This document shows positions 49,742 to 59,756 of a DNA stretch of 64,000 nucleotides, in pieces. A model generated the notes under the pieces. It searched no databases. It was not told the origin of the DNA and saw nothing but the letters and a program-made list of their open reading frames with translations. Within the stretch, counting starts at the first letter, position 1. Every line of letters begins with the position of its first letter. The stretch lies in assembly GCA_963708025.1 (NCBI GenBank), contig CAVPSB010000029.1:73411-137410 (forward strand). The letters run 5' to 3'. This DNA comes from an uncultured Candidatus Rokubacteria bacterium (GTDB lineage Bacteria > Methylomirabilota > Methylomirabilia > Rokubacteriales > DASRDR01). The position numbers and the translations under genes were made by a program.

Positions 49742-50638
49742 ATGAAGCTATACTTGGATCGTGAGAAACTCCTGGAGGTTGCCCGCACGAACAGAGGGCG
49801 GTACGCGACCGCCGAGCCGTTCCCCCACGTCGTCCTCGATGGGCTGTTTCCCGAAGAGGCCCTGGACGGTGTCCTGCGGGAGTTCCCCGAGCCGGAGAGT
49901 CCCGTCTGGAAGGAATACAAGAACTATCACGAGGGGAAACTCGAGACCCAGGGCGAGGGGAACATCGGTGCCTTCACCTCGCTCCTGCTGTATCAGTTCA
50001 ATTCAGCGCCGTTCCTGCAGTTTCTCGAGGAGCTGACTGGGATCAAGAATGTCATTCCCGATCCTTACTTTTACGGGGGCGGCCTGCATCAGATCCCGCG
50101 CGGCGGCAAGCTTGGGATCCACGCAGATTTCAGCAGCCATGGCAGGCTTCTCCTGGATCGACGGGTAAACGTCCTGATCTATCTGAACCGCGAGTGGAAG
50201 GACGAGTATGGCGGGCACTTGGAGCTCTGGGCGCGGGACATGTCCCAGTGCGTTCAGAAGGTCCTGCCGATTTACAACCGGACCGTCGTCTTCAGCATCA
50301 CGGACTGGGCGTTCCACGGCCATCCGGAGGCTCTCACCTGCCCGGAAGGCATGACCCGGAAGTCCATCGCCCTCTACTACTTCACCAATGGACGCCCACC
50401 CGGAGAAACGAGACCGGACAAGCTCTCCACGCAGTTCGAACAGCGTCCCGGAGAAGTCGTGCCGCCGGGGACGATCTTCTCGCGCGGTCAGCACTATACG
50501 GGTGTCAAGGGGTCGAGCATTTCGCCGCAACAGCACCCCAAGGCCTCCGGTCTGCGTCCCGGTGCCAAGTGGGTCGTCAAGAAGGTGACGCCGCCGATCA
50601 TCATCGACCTGGGACGGTACTTGATCGGGAGGCGCTAG
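49742..50638 (+). CDS. 2OG-Fe(II) oxygenase
   Basis: A.PFPHVVLD, DPY..GGGLH, LGIHADF, YLN..W..YGG.LELW, FHGHP, RKSIALYY. Confidence 0.9.
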   Translation: MKLYLDREKLLEVARTNRGRYATAEPFPHVVLDGLFPEEALDGVLREFPEPESPVWKEYKNYHEGKLETQGEGNIGAFTSLLLYQFNSAPFLQFLEELTGIKNVIPDPYFYGGGLHQIPRGGKLGIHADFSSHGRLLLDRRVNVLIYLNREWKDEYGGHLELWARDMSQCVQKVLPIYNRTVVFSITDWAFHGHPEALTCPEGMTRKSIALYYFTNGRPPGETRPDKLSTQFEQRPGEVVPPGTIFSRGQHYTGVKGSSISPQQHPKASGLRPGAKWVVKKVTPPIIIDLGRYLIGRR

Positions 50639-50662
50639 ATCCGCAAGTAGGAACTGAGCCCA

Positions 50663-51295
50663 ATGCACGACAACAGCCAGCTCATGTTTGACCGCTACGC
50701 CAAGCCGTATTTCACCCCCGGCCAGCGCGTGCTCGAGATCGGGGCGACGCTGGACACATCGACCTACCGACGGTCGGTCGGCCTGCCCTCGATCACATGG
50801 GAGACGCTGGAGCTGACGGAGTGGGGATCACGACTGCCAGGCGTGACGTATGTCGCATTGGACGAATATCGCTATCCGATTCCCGAAAACACCTTTGACA
50901 TCGTGGTATCGGCGAACGTGGCCGAGCATGTGCGGCAACTCTGGGCTTGGATGGCCGAGCTACGGCGGATCGTGAAGCCCGGCGGACTCATCATCACCGT
51001 CGCGCCAATCTCGTGGCCGTATCACGACGCGCCGGGCGATTGCTGGCGCCTGTATCCCGAGGCCATGCGCGCGCTGTGTGACTACACCGATCTGAAGCTC
51101 GAGCTTTGCGAGTTTGACTCGCTGGAGGCCGCTCGCTACTGCCGCGTGTGGCCAGGTCGCGGGCGGATCAGCGCGATCGGGGCCTCGCGACGGCGGTATG
51201 CCTGTTTCCGCGTGCTCTCGTGGTTGGGCTACGCTGTGGAGGTCGCCTATGACCTGATTGCGGTCGCGCGCAAACCGACCGAGGTTGCAGGATAG
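50663..51295 (+). CDS. Class I SAM methyltransferase
   Basis: RVLEIG, FDIVVS.NV.EHV..LW.W..EL.RIVKPGG, PYH..P.DCWR. Confidence 0.9.
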   Translation: MHDNSQLMFDRYAKPYFTPGQRVLEIGATLDTSTYRRSVGLPSITWETLELTEWGSRLPGVTYVALDEYRYPIPENTFDIVVSANVAEHVRQLWAWMAELRRIVKPGGLIITVAPISWPYHDAPGDCWRLYPEAMRALCDYTDLKLELCEFDSLEAARYCRVWPGRGRISAIGASRRRYACFRVLSWLGYAVEVAYDLIAVARKPTEVAG

Positions 51296-51395
51296 AACCA
51301 CATCACGGGGCGACCCGATCGGTTGTCGGCCGGGTCGAAACCGCCATCAGCCAACCTTGTCGATCACGCCACAGGTCTCCGAAAGTCGAGGCATG

Positions 51396-51433
51396 GGCCT
51401 AGCCGTCAATTCAATGCTTGACGGGATCCGCAT
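51396..51433 (+). repeat. Direct repeat copy 2 (38 bp), contains the GT start codon
   Basis: GGCCTAGCCGTCAATTCAATGCTTGACGGGATCCGCAT. Confidence 0.92.
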
Positions 51434-52616
51434 CCTTGCCGTCCATCACGATCCTGGGCTCAATGGGGCTGCACTTCTCTTTCAGTCAGTCCTCGAAGGG
51501 CTGGCGAAAGACCATGGCGCTTCCGTCTGGACGAGGTTCCCACGAGAAGGTCCCATCGTTGCCCGCGCCCGAGAACTCGGCCCGGTACACGTGGCTGATT
51601 CACCGCCGGCCGCGCGAGCACGCATATTCTTCGCCCGGGTCGCACGCCGCCTGGGCTGTCGAACCCTTCGGGAGTGGAGGATAGCGTGCGACCTGATCTT
51701 CGCAAACTCGGTTGAGTCGCTGGCAACCGTCGAGCGAATTCAGGTTCGGGATGGAACTCCATTGGTAGTCTACGTGCACGAGTCGCATTTCTTGCTCCAG
51801 AAGGGCGATTTTCAGGCGACAACTCGGATGTTGCGACGGGCGAGTCTGATCTTCGCCGTTTCTGCCGCCGTTCGCAAGACGCTGGAGGACGTGATCCAAC
51901 CCTCAGCAAGGATCGCCATCGTAAGCGGGTTCCTGCCTGAGCGTCCGGGTACGGGAGAGTCAACTGAACTCCCGCCCGCCGTGCACGCCGCGGTCTGCTC
52001 CGGCGCCAAGATCATTGGAGGAGTGGGAACGATCGCCTGGTACAAGGGAACGGACCTGTTCGTCGCGGCCGCCCGCCGGATTCGCCAGTTGCTGCCGCAG
52101 CAACAGCTCAGATTCATATGGATCGGCGAGGAAGGGTACCCGGAGGCACGTCGTCTACTGGAGCACGATATCAAGCGGGCAGAGCTCGAGGGGGTCGTGA
52201 TTCTCCCGGGCGGGACGAAGGACCCCACCTCATTCTTTCAATCGCTGTCACTCTTCCTGCTGCCGTCCAGAGAGGATTCCTGGCCCCTGGTCATGCTGGA
52301 AGCAGCTACGGCAGGCGTTCCGATGGTATGTTTCCAGAACTCGGGGGGCGCCGAACAGTTCGTGGCGACCGGGGGAGGAACCGCTGTCCCATACCTGGAC
52401 GTGGAGGCAATGGCACAGGCTGCGGCTCGCTACCTGTCGGACCCCGACCTGATGGCCCGGGATTCCCGCGTCGCCCGCGAGATCGGGCGTTCGGTCACTG
52501 GCAAAGAACAAACCCGAAAGATCGCCTCCGAGCTCGCAGCGATGCTCGCTTCACGACCCCCGAGGGCGGCGACGGCGCGCGATTTCAAGGGTCAGCAGAT
52601 TGGGCCACTCGGCTGA
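51414..52616 (+). CDS. Glycosyltransferase family 4
   Basis: HD...NGA, VYVHE, KGTDLF, LPSREDSWPLVMLEA..G.P. Confidence 0.88.
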   Translation: MLDGIRILAVHHDPGLNGAALLFQSVLEGLAKDHGASVWTRFPREGPIVARARELGPVHVADSPPAARARIFFARVARRLGCRTLREWRIACDLIFANSVESLATVERIQVRDGTPLVVYVHESHFLLQKGDFQATTRMLRRASLIFAVSAAVRKTLEDVIQPSARIAIVSGFLPERPGTGESTELPPAVHAAVCSGAKIIGGVGTIAWYKGTDLFVAAARRIRQLLPQQQLRFIWIGEEGYPEARRLLEHDIKRAELEGVVILPGGTKDPTSFFQSLSLFLLPSREDSWPLVMLEAATAGVPMVCFQNSGGAEQFVATGGGTAVPYLDVEAMAQAAARYLSDPDLMARDSRVAREIGRSVTGKEQTRKIASELAAMLASRPPRAATARDFKGQQIGPLG

Positions 52617-52929
52617 CGGGTATGCTTGGTGGTGACCTATACGAACTGCTGCCAAAGGGCCGAGGTGGCCAATTCCCTCGTTTTGCAGGGCCTCTCGGGA
52701 CCTTGCGGATTCGACGGCGAGAGATTTCAGAATCTCCGCAAGAATGGTTCGAAGGGGTTGCCCGGGGGTGCCGGGGCTTGCTCGCCTGAGGGAGGCTGGC
52801 GTGACGGAATCGGCTGATCGCCAAGGCGTTTGGAGAGCGATTCTGTACTTCCTGATGCGCGCGTGGTACATCTCTTGCTAACACGGTCCCGCGGAGGTCT
52901 CTGGGCCGGGCGTCAGGACGTCCCAAGCA

Positions 52930-53060
52930 TGGGAGGCTGGGAGATGGACGAGCGCAAGGGGGGGGGACTTCCTGGAGCCCGAAGTGGTTGAGCACGAGGA
53001 GACGCTCGCGGAGATTACTCAGCAGAATAGTCGGCTATGGCGCCGATTGAGTTCGACTTC
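52930..53060 (-). mobile_element. Possible IS91-like transposase C-terminal remnant
   Basis: Broken IGAIAD....VI...VLNHFGLQEVPPP resembles the I.AI.D..VI..IL.HLGL...PP tail. Confidence 0.3.
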
Positions 53061-53262
53061 CCCCGCGCCCGACGGGATCGATCGGCAACTGCCTGCAAGT
53101 GATGTCACGGCTCGCGCAGGAGGGCTTCGAATGCAGCTCTCCCGAGCGCTCACTCCCCAGGCAGTCAAACGTAGGGCGTGCTCGATGCGCCTTTCACCAA
53201 CTCCGGGGTCCCGGCCGCGCCCGCTCGAGCCAGTTCCTCGGGCGCCCGTGTCACGAGGGCGC

Positions 53263-53529
53263 TCAAAGTGCTGCCCGTTGATCGCGCGCGGGTCCGATTC
53301 GCCGCACCAGGCCGACGGGCAGTTTGACGGTGAACACCAGGGTTGGCTCCGGGAGCGGCATCTCCTGCGGATGGTGTTGAGCCCCATCGACGTAGCGCCG
53401 GGCTTGCCGCAGCGACACGTGGTACCGCTGGACGAGCATGCTCAGGACCGCCGGGACGGAGAAACGGCGCAGCAGCACCAATGCCCGATGGGCATACTGC
53501 CTGGCCTGGGCCCGCCGGCGCCCGCTCAT
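53263..53529 (-). pseudogene. Small HTH-like accessory ORF of the type found beside mobile serine recombinases, truncated
   Basis: L..RY.VS.RQA.RYV..A...P.PEP..VFTVKLP..LVRRI; recognised from memory, not searched. Confidence 0.45.
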
Positions 53530-53644
53530 TTGCCGTTACTGTATGATCCTTTACGTCCTTACTCCGTGAAACTTTCGGCGGCCTCGCCGCGGGCAGGCGA
53601 ACACGCGGTCCCAGACGAAGTTCGCACGGGCAGGTGGAGACCGA

Positions 53645-54448
53645 ATGACCAGACGGCCGCTTGATGCCGCACTGGCTCGTGCTGTGAAGCTGAGACTGCT
53701 GCGCATGCACTACGAAGCCGGTGTCGGACATATCGGCGGAAATCTTTCGGCCATCGACATTCTGCTGAGTCTGCATCATCACGTGATGCAGCCGGATGAT
53801 CGCTTCGTTCTCTCCAAGGGGCATGCCGCCGGCGCCCTGTACGTCACGCTGTGGTCGCTCGGAGTGCTGGACGAGGCGGAGCTGACATCGTTCCACAAGG
53901 ACAACACGCGTCTGTCGGGTCATCCCCCCGCCGAGGGGATTCCCGCCATCGCATTTGCCACGGGAAGCCTCGGGCATGGCCTCGGGCTTGCCGCGGGTCT
54001 CGCGTTGGCCAAGCGACTCACCGGCCAGTCGGGACATGTCTTTTGCCTGACTTCGGATGGCGAATGGAACGAAGGGTCGGCCTGGGAGTCGTTGATCTTC
54101 GCCCATCATCATCGGCTTAACAATCTCACGTTCATCATCGACGTGAACGGCCTGCAAGGCTTTGGCACGACGCGGGAAGTGGCCGACCTCGAGCCACTGG
54201 CCGACAAGTTTCGCGCGTTCGGACTGCATACCACGGAGGTGGATGGGCACGACATCAGTGCCCTGGGTAAAGTCCTGATTCCCGACGACACGGACCAGGG
54301 CCCGCGCGCCATCGCCGCCAAGACACGCAAGGGGTGCGGTGTCTCGTTCATGGAAGGACGGATGGAGTGGCACTATCTGCCGCTGACGGCGGCGCAATAC
54401 GAGGACGCCGTGAAGGACATCGAGCGATGCAACGACGAATCCGGATGA
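53645..54448 (+). CDS. Transketolase, N-terminal (ThDP-binding) subunit
   Basis: GHIGGNLS, VLSKGHAA, LSGHP, TGSLGHGL, SDGEWNEG..WE, VDGHD, KG.GVSFME..WHY. Confidence 0.93.
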   Translation: MTRRPLDAALARAVKLRLLRMHYEAGVGHIGGNLSAIDILLSLHHHVMQPDDRFVLSKGHAAGALYVTLWSLGVLDEAELTSFHKDNTRLSGHPPAEGIPAIAFATGSLGHGLGLAAGLALAKRLTGQSGHVFCLTSDGEWNEGSAWESLIFAHHHRLNNLTFIIDVNGLQGFGTTREVADLEPLADKFRAFGLHTTEVDGHDISALGKVLIPDDTDQGPRAIAAKTRKGCGVSFMEGRMEWHYLPLTAAQYEDAVKDIERCNDESG

Positions 54449-54473
54449 CCCGCCCAGGGCGACGCGGCGAGGC

Positions 54474-55385
54474 ATGAGGGACGTCTTCTGCAAGGCACTG
54501 GTGGAGGCCGCCGGGAAGCCCGACTTCGTCTTCCTCACCGGGGATCTCGGGTTTCGCGCGCTGGAGCCGCTGCGCCATGCCCTGGCCACGAGGTTCATCA
54601 ACGCCGGCATCGCTGAGCAGAACATGGTCTCGGTCGCCGCCGGTCTGGCGCGCGGGGGGATGCGGCCGTGGGTGTACAGCATCGCGCCGTTCCTCTACGC
54701 GCGCCCATTCGAGCAGATTCGCAACGACGTCTGCCTGCACAATCTTCCCGTTATCCTCGTCGGCAACGGCGGTGGGTATGCGTACGGCGTCATGGGCGCG
54801 ACGCATCATGCCCTGGAGGATTACGGAGTGTTGCTGGGTCTTCCCGAGCTACGCGCGTATGTCCCGGCCTTCGACGGCGATGTGATCAGCCTTGTGGATC
54901 GCCTCATGCGCTCGGATTCCCCCGCCTATCTCCGGTTGGGCCTGTCCGAGCAACCGAACGAGATGCCGCTCCCCCCGTATGCGCCGTGGCGACGACTACT
55001 GGCGGGCCACGGACCGACGCTCGTTGTGGTGGGACCGCTGGTGGGCGGCATCGTCAGTGCCGCGCGACAACTGGATGAGCTGCGCCGTCCGACGATCTGG
55101 CTGCTCAGCGAGTTTCCTCTCCCAGACTGTCCACCCGAGCTGCTTGACGATATCCAGCGCTCCGGTCATCTCGCGGTCGTGGAAGAGCATGTCGCCCAGG
55201 GCGGCGCCGGACAGATGCTTGCCCGGCAATTGCTCCTTCAGGGTGCCGCGCCGCCGAACTTCACCCATTGCGCGGCGCGCGGGTATCTGTCGGGACGATA
55301 CGGCTCACAGCGATTCCATCGGACGGAATGCGGCCTCGATCCGACATCTGTGCTCGCCCAGATCGGCGTGGGAAAAACCTCATGA
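54474..55385 (+). CDS. Transketolase, C-terminal subunit
   Basis: LTGDLG, NAGIAEQNM..AAGLA, EQIRND, G.THH.LED, PAYLRL, VEEH..GG.G. Confidence 0.93.
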   Translation: MRDVFCKALVEAAGKPDFVFLTGDLGFRALEPLRHALATRFINAGIAEQNMVSVAAGLARGGMRPWVYSIAPFLYARPFEQIRNDVCLHNLPVILVGNGGGYAYGVMGATHHALEDYGVLLGLPELRAYVPAFDGDVISLVDRLMRSDSPAYLRLGLSEQPNEMPLPPYAPWRRLLAGHGPTLVVVGPLVGGIVSAARQLDELRRPTIWLLSEFPLPDCPPELLDDIQRSGHLAVVEEHVAQGGAGQMLARQLLLQGAAPPNFTHCAARGYLSGRYGSQRFHRTECGLDPTSVLAQIGVGKTS

Positions 55386-57407
55386 CACCCCACGCGGACG
55401 AAACCCTCCCTGGTCGCCTCTCGGCGCTGGAATCCAAGATCAGAAAGCTTCAGGGGCCGATCCTGGTGCTGGGCGGCAGCGGGTTTGTCGGCGCCAATCT
55501 GCTCCGCGCCATAGTGCGCGTTCGCGGCGACGTTGTCGGAACGACCTCGCGGCTGCCCGCCTGGCGGCTCCATGGGCTGGCTGAGCAGCATGTGCGCATG
55601 GTCGATCTGTTGGTGAATTCCAATCTCGACGCGCTGCTGGATGAGGTCAAGCCGCGGACGATCTACGATTGCGTGGCGTATGGCGCCTATTCGTTCGAGA
55701 CGGACAGCGAGCTAATCTACCAAACCAACTTTACCTTCGTCTCGCGGCTTCTGGATCGGCTGGCCGACCGCAGCGTCGCCTGTTATGTCCACGCCGGCAG
55801 CTCCTCGGAATACGGTGACAACGCCTCCGGCCCCAGTGAAGCCGATCCGTTCGCCCCCAACAGCGAGTACGCCGTCTCGAAGGTGGCGGCCGCCCACCTC
55901 ATCTACTTCTGGGGCAAGCAAAGGAAGTTTCCGTGCTGCAACCTGCGGCTCTACTCGGTCTATGGACCACTGGAAGACTCCTCGCGCCTGATCCCCACCG
56001 TCGTGAAGCGCGGTGTGGAGGGCACGTATCCGGAGTTCGTAAATCCCGAGATCTCGCGCGACTTCATCTACATCGACGACTGCACCGAAGCGTTCATCGA
56101 CGCCGCCCTCAACCTCGCGGAACAGGATTACGGCGAATCGTTCAACATCGGAACGGGAACCAAAACAACCATCGGGGAGATCGCCGAGATCTCCCGTCAG
56201 CTCTTCGACATCAAGCAGTCTCCGGCGTTCACGATGCCGGAGCGCCGCTGGGATGTCGCAGATTGGTTCGCCAATCCCGAGAAAGCCCGGCGGCGCTTGG
56301 GATGGCGCGCAAAGACCGCCTTCTCGCAGGGCCTGGCCCAGACCGTCGCCTGGTATCACACGCTTCCAGACAGGAGCGCCTACGAACGTTCGAGTAAGAA
56401 ATTCGGCCTCGACACTACGCACAGCGTCAGCGCCATCGTCACCTGTTACAAGGACAACCAAGCGATTCCGATCATGTACGAGCGGCTGACAGCCGTCTTC
56501 TCGAAGCTCAACATTCAGTACGAACTCATCTTCGTCAACGACTGCAGCCCGGACGACACGGAGGACGTGATCTGCAGTATCTCGCGGAACGATCGGCGCG
56601 TGGTCGGTATCTCGCATTCACGAAACTTCGGCTCGCAAGCGGCATTCATGAGTGGCATGCGAATCGCGTCGAAGAATTCGTGTGTCCTCCTCGACGGCGA
56701 CCTTCAAGACCCGCCCGAGCTGATCGAGCAGTTCGTCGCTGAGTGGCGCAAAGGATTTGATGTCGTCTACGGCCGCCGCGTGAAGCGCGAGGCGAGTATC
56801 TTCATGCAGCTCGCGTACAAGGCCTTCTATCGGCTCTTCGATTATTTTTCGTACCTGCACGTTCCCCACGACGCGGGGGATTTCTCGCTGATGGATCGTC
56901 GGGTTGTGCAGGCAATCCTGCAATTCCCCGAACGCGACCTGTTCTTGCGGGGCGTCCGCGCCTTCGCCGGCTTCAAGCAGACCGGCGTTCAACTACATTC
57001 GCCAAGAGCGGATGTTCGGGCGGACCACCAACAATCTGTGGAAGAACATCGGCTGGGCGAAGAAGGGAATCCTCAGCTTCAGCAACACGCCGTTGAATAT
57101 GCTCAGTTGGGCGGGAGTCACGCTCTTCTTCCTTGGGATCTCACTCGCGGTGTACCAAGTCCTCGGCAAGCTGCTGTTTCCGCGTCTTACCCCGCCAGGT
57201 CTGACAACGATTATCGTGCTGATTGTCTTCTTCGGCTCACTGAACCTCTTCGCGCTGAGCATCATTGGTGAGTATCTTGCCAAGGTCTTCGAGGAAGTGA
57301 AGCAGAGGCCGGTGTTCATCCGCCGGAGCATCATTCGCGACGGTAAGGTTCGTCCTGCCACCGACGCGCGAGTGGATGCCTCAAACTCCGAAAGAACGAC
57401 TGTCTGA
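55382..57407 (+). CDS. NAD-dependent epimerase/dehydratase fused to a polyprenol-phosphate GT2 (GtrB-like), frameshift near 56990
   Basis: GGSGFVG, SSSEYG, YAVSK; then FVNDCSPD, SRNFG.Q, DGDLQDPP, GDFSLMDR; two TMs and IIGEYLAKVFEEVKQRP in the next frame. Confidence 0.9.
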
Positions 57408-57643
57408 ACCACCTCCGCTAGCGAATGAACCAGGCTCACCGCCAGAGGGAATCCTGGCAACCGCCTTTCTTTGCGGCACCATCGGCGACCGTCGCCGGAA
57501 CGCCTGGGCGCAGGCGGCGTGGCCGAGGGCCTTGGCCACCGTGGTCTTGCCGGTGGCACGGCGGATCATCTACACACTGCAAAGTTCCCGCGCCCGGTCG
57601 CCACTGAGTACCCCTGGCAGCCGCTCGTTGGACAGTCACTGAC
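57401..57643 (-). mobile_element. IS21-family remnant (istB Walker A fragment plus end-like sequence)
   Basis: ATGKTTVAKALGHAACAQ resembles IstB G.GKT.LA.ALG..AC. Confidence 0.5.
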
Positions 57644-57893
57644 AGCGAAGGGCCGGAAACGTACTTCGGCGGAAGAGTCCTACCCTCATCTGCTTACTCC
57701 CCGACGGCACGCCCATCGTGTCGCTTGCCGCCCTTCTCGAAGTCGAACCGCTCGTCAACGCGCTTCGCAGTCCCCCCGGCCGGCCAACGAAAGCTCTGTG
57801 GCGGCTGTGGCGCCACGAGGGGCGGAATGATCCTCGAGAGCCGCTGGCGGAAGGGTTCACGGAGAGACACTCACCTATACGGGGGACGAAACG

Positions 57894-59480
57894 ATGGCCG
57901 AGCCAAGGTCAACACAGACCTCTCAAACTGATGTCCTGCGAGACCTTCGCGAGTCCTGTCTCGGCCTATACAGAGAGTACAGCGGCGCGTTCGCCGGCCT
58001 TCTAGTACTGCAGTTTGTCACGTACACGTATTGCTTTACCTCGCTGATCTTCATGAACCATACCTTTCCGGATTCATGGGTCTATCCCTATCCCTCTCAT
58101 CAGACGTGGGCCGAGGGCCGTTGGCTTGCCGACGCAATTCTCTTGCTCCAAGGAGGCTCTGGTGTCCAGCCCTTCCAGATGGCCCTCGGGGTCGCCCTAC
58201 AGACTGTCAACGGGATCCTCTTCGCTCGCTTCGTGGGCCTCGAGAGACGCCTCGATACGACGCTCGCTGCCGCGTTCCTGTGTCTCTACCCCGCGTTTCT
58301 TGACTACTATTCCTTCCCGACGCAGCACATTACGTACACCATCGGCGACACGTTCGCACTACTCGGAATACTCTACTGCAAGCACACGCATCCCTCAGGA
58401 ATCCACGCAGCCACCAGCGGGGCCCTCTTCGTGCTGACGCTCGCGACATACCAACCGAAGATAGCGCTCGTGGGGCTGCTGTGCGTCTGCTATCTCGCAA
58501 TGCGCATCACGGAAACCAATGGCGGACGGTCATTCTCCTGGAAGGAGACAATGTTGGCGACTGGATATGTTGGTTGCGTCCTCTTAGGGGCGTGCCTGGT
58601 GTACTTCCTTTCGACGAAGTTAACCATCACGGCCGATGTTGACGAGCGGCGGGCTTACTTGAATTCACTGTCTGAGATGGTCATAGCGATCCGCGCGTCA
58701 TTTGGCAAGACTCTCCTGTACTACACCATCGGCGCGGATTATCTGCCCAGACCACTACGCTTTCTGCCATCGCTCGGAATCGCCTTGGGGTGCTTCGCCA
58801 TACTTCGTAAAGCATACAGGAAGAGTGTGGGGGCAGTCGCTGTCGTGGTTGCACTGCTCTTGTTGATTCCGGTGGTGCTGCAAGCCTCCTATATCATCAA
58901 CAAGAATTCGTGGGTGCATGCGGGGCGAATCGTCTTTGTCAATGGGTATGCTTTGCTGTTTTTCCTGTCCTGCGGCTTCCAGGCACAAAAGACCAGGAAG
59001 TTGACGCTGGGAATAGCGACAGCGTGCCTTTACTTCTTCATCGTCGTCGGTACTCAGGAAAGTAACGCTGCTGCTTTCAAGACGGTGTACGACATCAACA
59101 TGATCAACCGAATCGGCTCGCGCATCGAGACTGTTGTCGAGGACCTGTACGAGAGGAAGTATGCGCTTGTCGTGGCTGGTCACTATCCGGAGTTTGCCAG
59201 GTCAAGATATGTGAGGATGCCGAATGTGAGAAACGAAGCCTACATTCGGCGCTTTGCGTTTGCGGGCTATCGTCAGGAGCAGATACTCAACTATCTCTTC
59301 GGAAAGAATATCCTGCGGAGACCGACCCCGGCAGAGATGGACAAGGCTCTGGCGTCAGTTCGAGGACGACGACCGTGGCCGTCAGGAGAATCCGTGTATG
59401 TCGTAGATGGCGTTGTCGTGGTGGTCCTCGAGAAGTACCGTCCTGATATGCCGCTAACCTGGACCTCTGGGCACGAGTAA
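57894..59480 (+). CDS. GtrII-like multi-pass membrane glycosyltransferase (GT-C)
   Basis: EGRW, L..YQ motifs, multiple TM segments, soluble C-tail ending PWP...SV..VD..VVV; visibly more AT-rich. Confidence 0.75.
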   Translation: MAEPRSTQTSQTDVLRDLRESCLGLYREYSGAFAGLLVLQFVTYTYCFTSLIFMNHTFPDSWVYPYPSHQTWAEGRWLADAILLLQGGSGVQPFQMALGVALQTVNGILFARFVGLERRLDTTLAAAFLCLYPAFLDYYSFPTQHITYTIGDTFALLGILYCKHTHPSGIHAATSGALFVLTLATYQPKIALVGLLCVCYLAMRITETNGGRSFSWKETMLATGYVGCVLLGACLVYFLSTKLTITADVDERRAYLNSLSEMVIAIRASFGKTLLYYTIGADYLPRPLRFLPSLGIALGCFAILRKAYRKSVGAVAVVVALLLLIPVVLQASYIINKNSWVHAGRIVFVNGYALLFFLSCGFQAQKTRKLTLGIATACLYFFIVVGTQESNAAAFKTVYDINMINRIGSRIETVVEDLYERKYALVVAGHYPEFARSRYVRMPNVRNEAYIRRFAFAGYRQEQILNYLFGKNILRRPTPAEMDKALASVRGRRPWPSGESVYVVDGVVVVVLEKYRPDMPLTWTSGHE

Positions 59481-59562
59481 GGAATGCCCCGGCACTCACA
59501 CCACACCTAGTTCGACGGTGAAGCCGAGATCGTGAAGCGGCGCGACCAACGTCTCGCGAGCT

Positions 59563-59691
59563 TCACCGAAGCACCCCGGCCCGGGTCATCTCGTACACGT
59601 TGACGGGCATCTCCAGGCCCTTGACCACGGTCAATCCGCTCGGCCCGGTGGTGAGATAGCCCTTGGCGAGGCGGAGCGTGCCGGCGGCCAA
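59563..59691 (-). pseudogene. Adenylate/guanylate cyclase internal fragment
   Basis: LAAGTLRLAKGYL...G.T.VKGLEMPVNVYEM matches the class III cyclase C-terminal VKG...PV.VYE segment. Confidence 0.6.
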
Positions 59692-59756
59692 TCTCGGCGA
59701 GGTGCCTAGGCCTGTAGGAGTCAGGGCCGGGCGTGCGCGCGGCGGACTGGCCCCTC

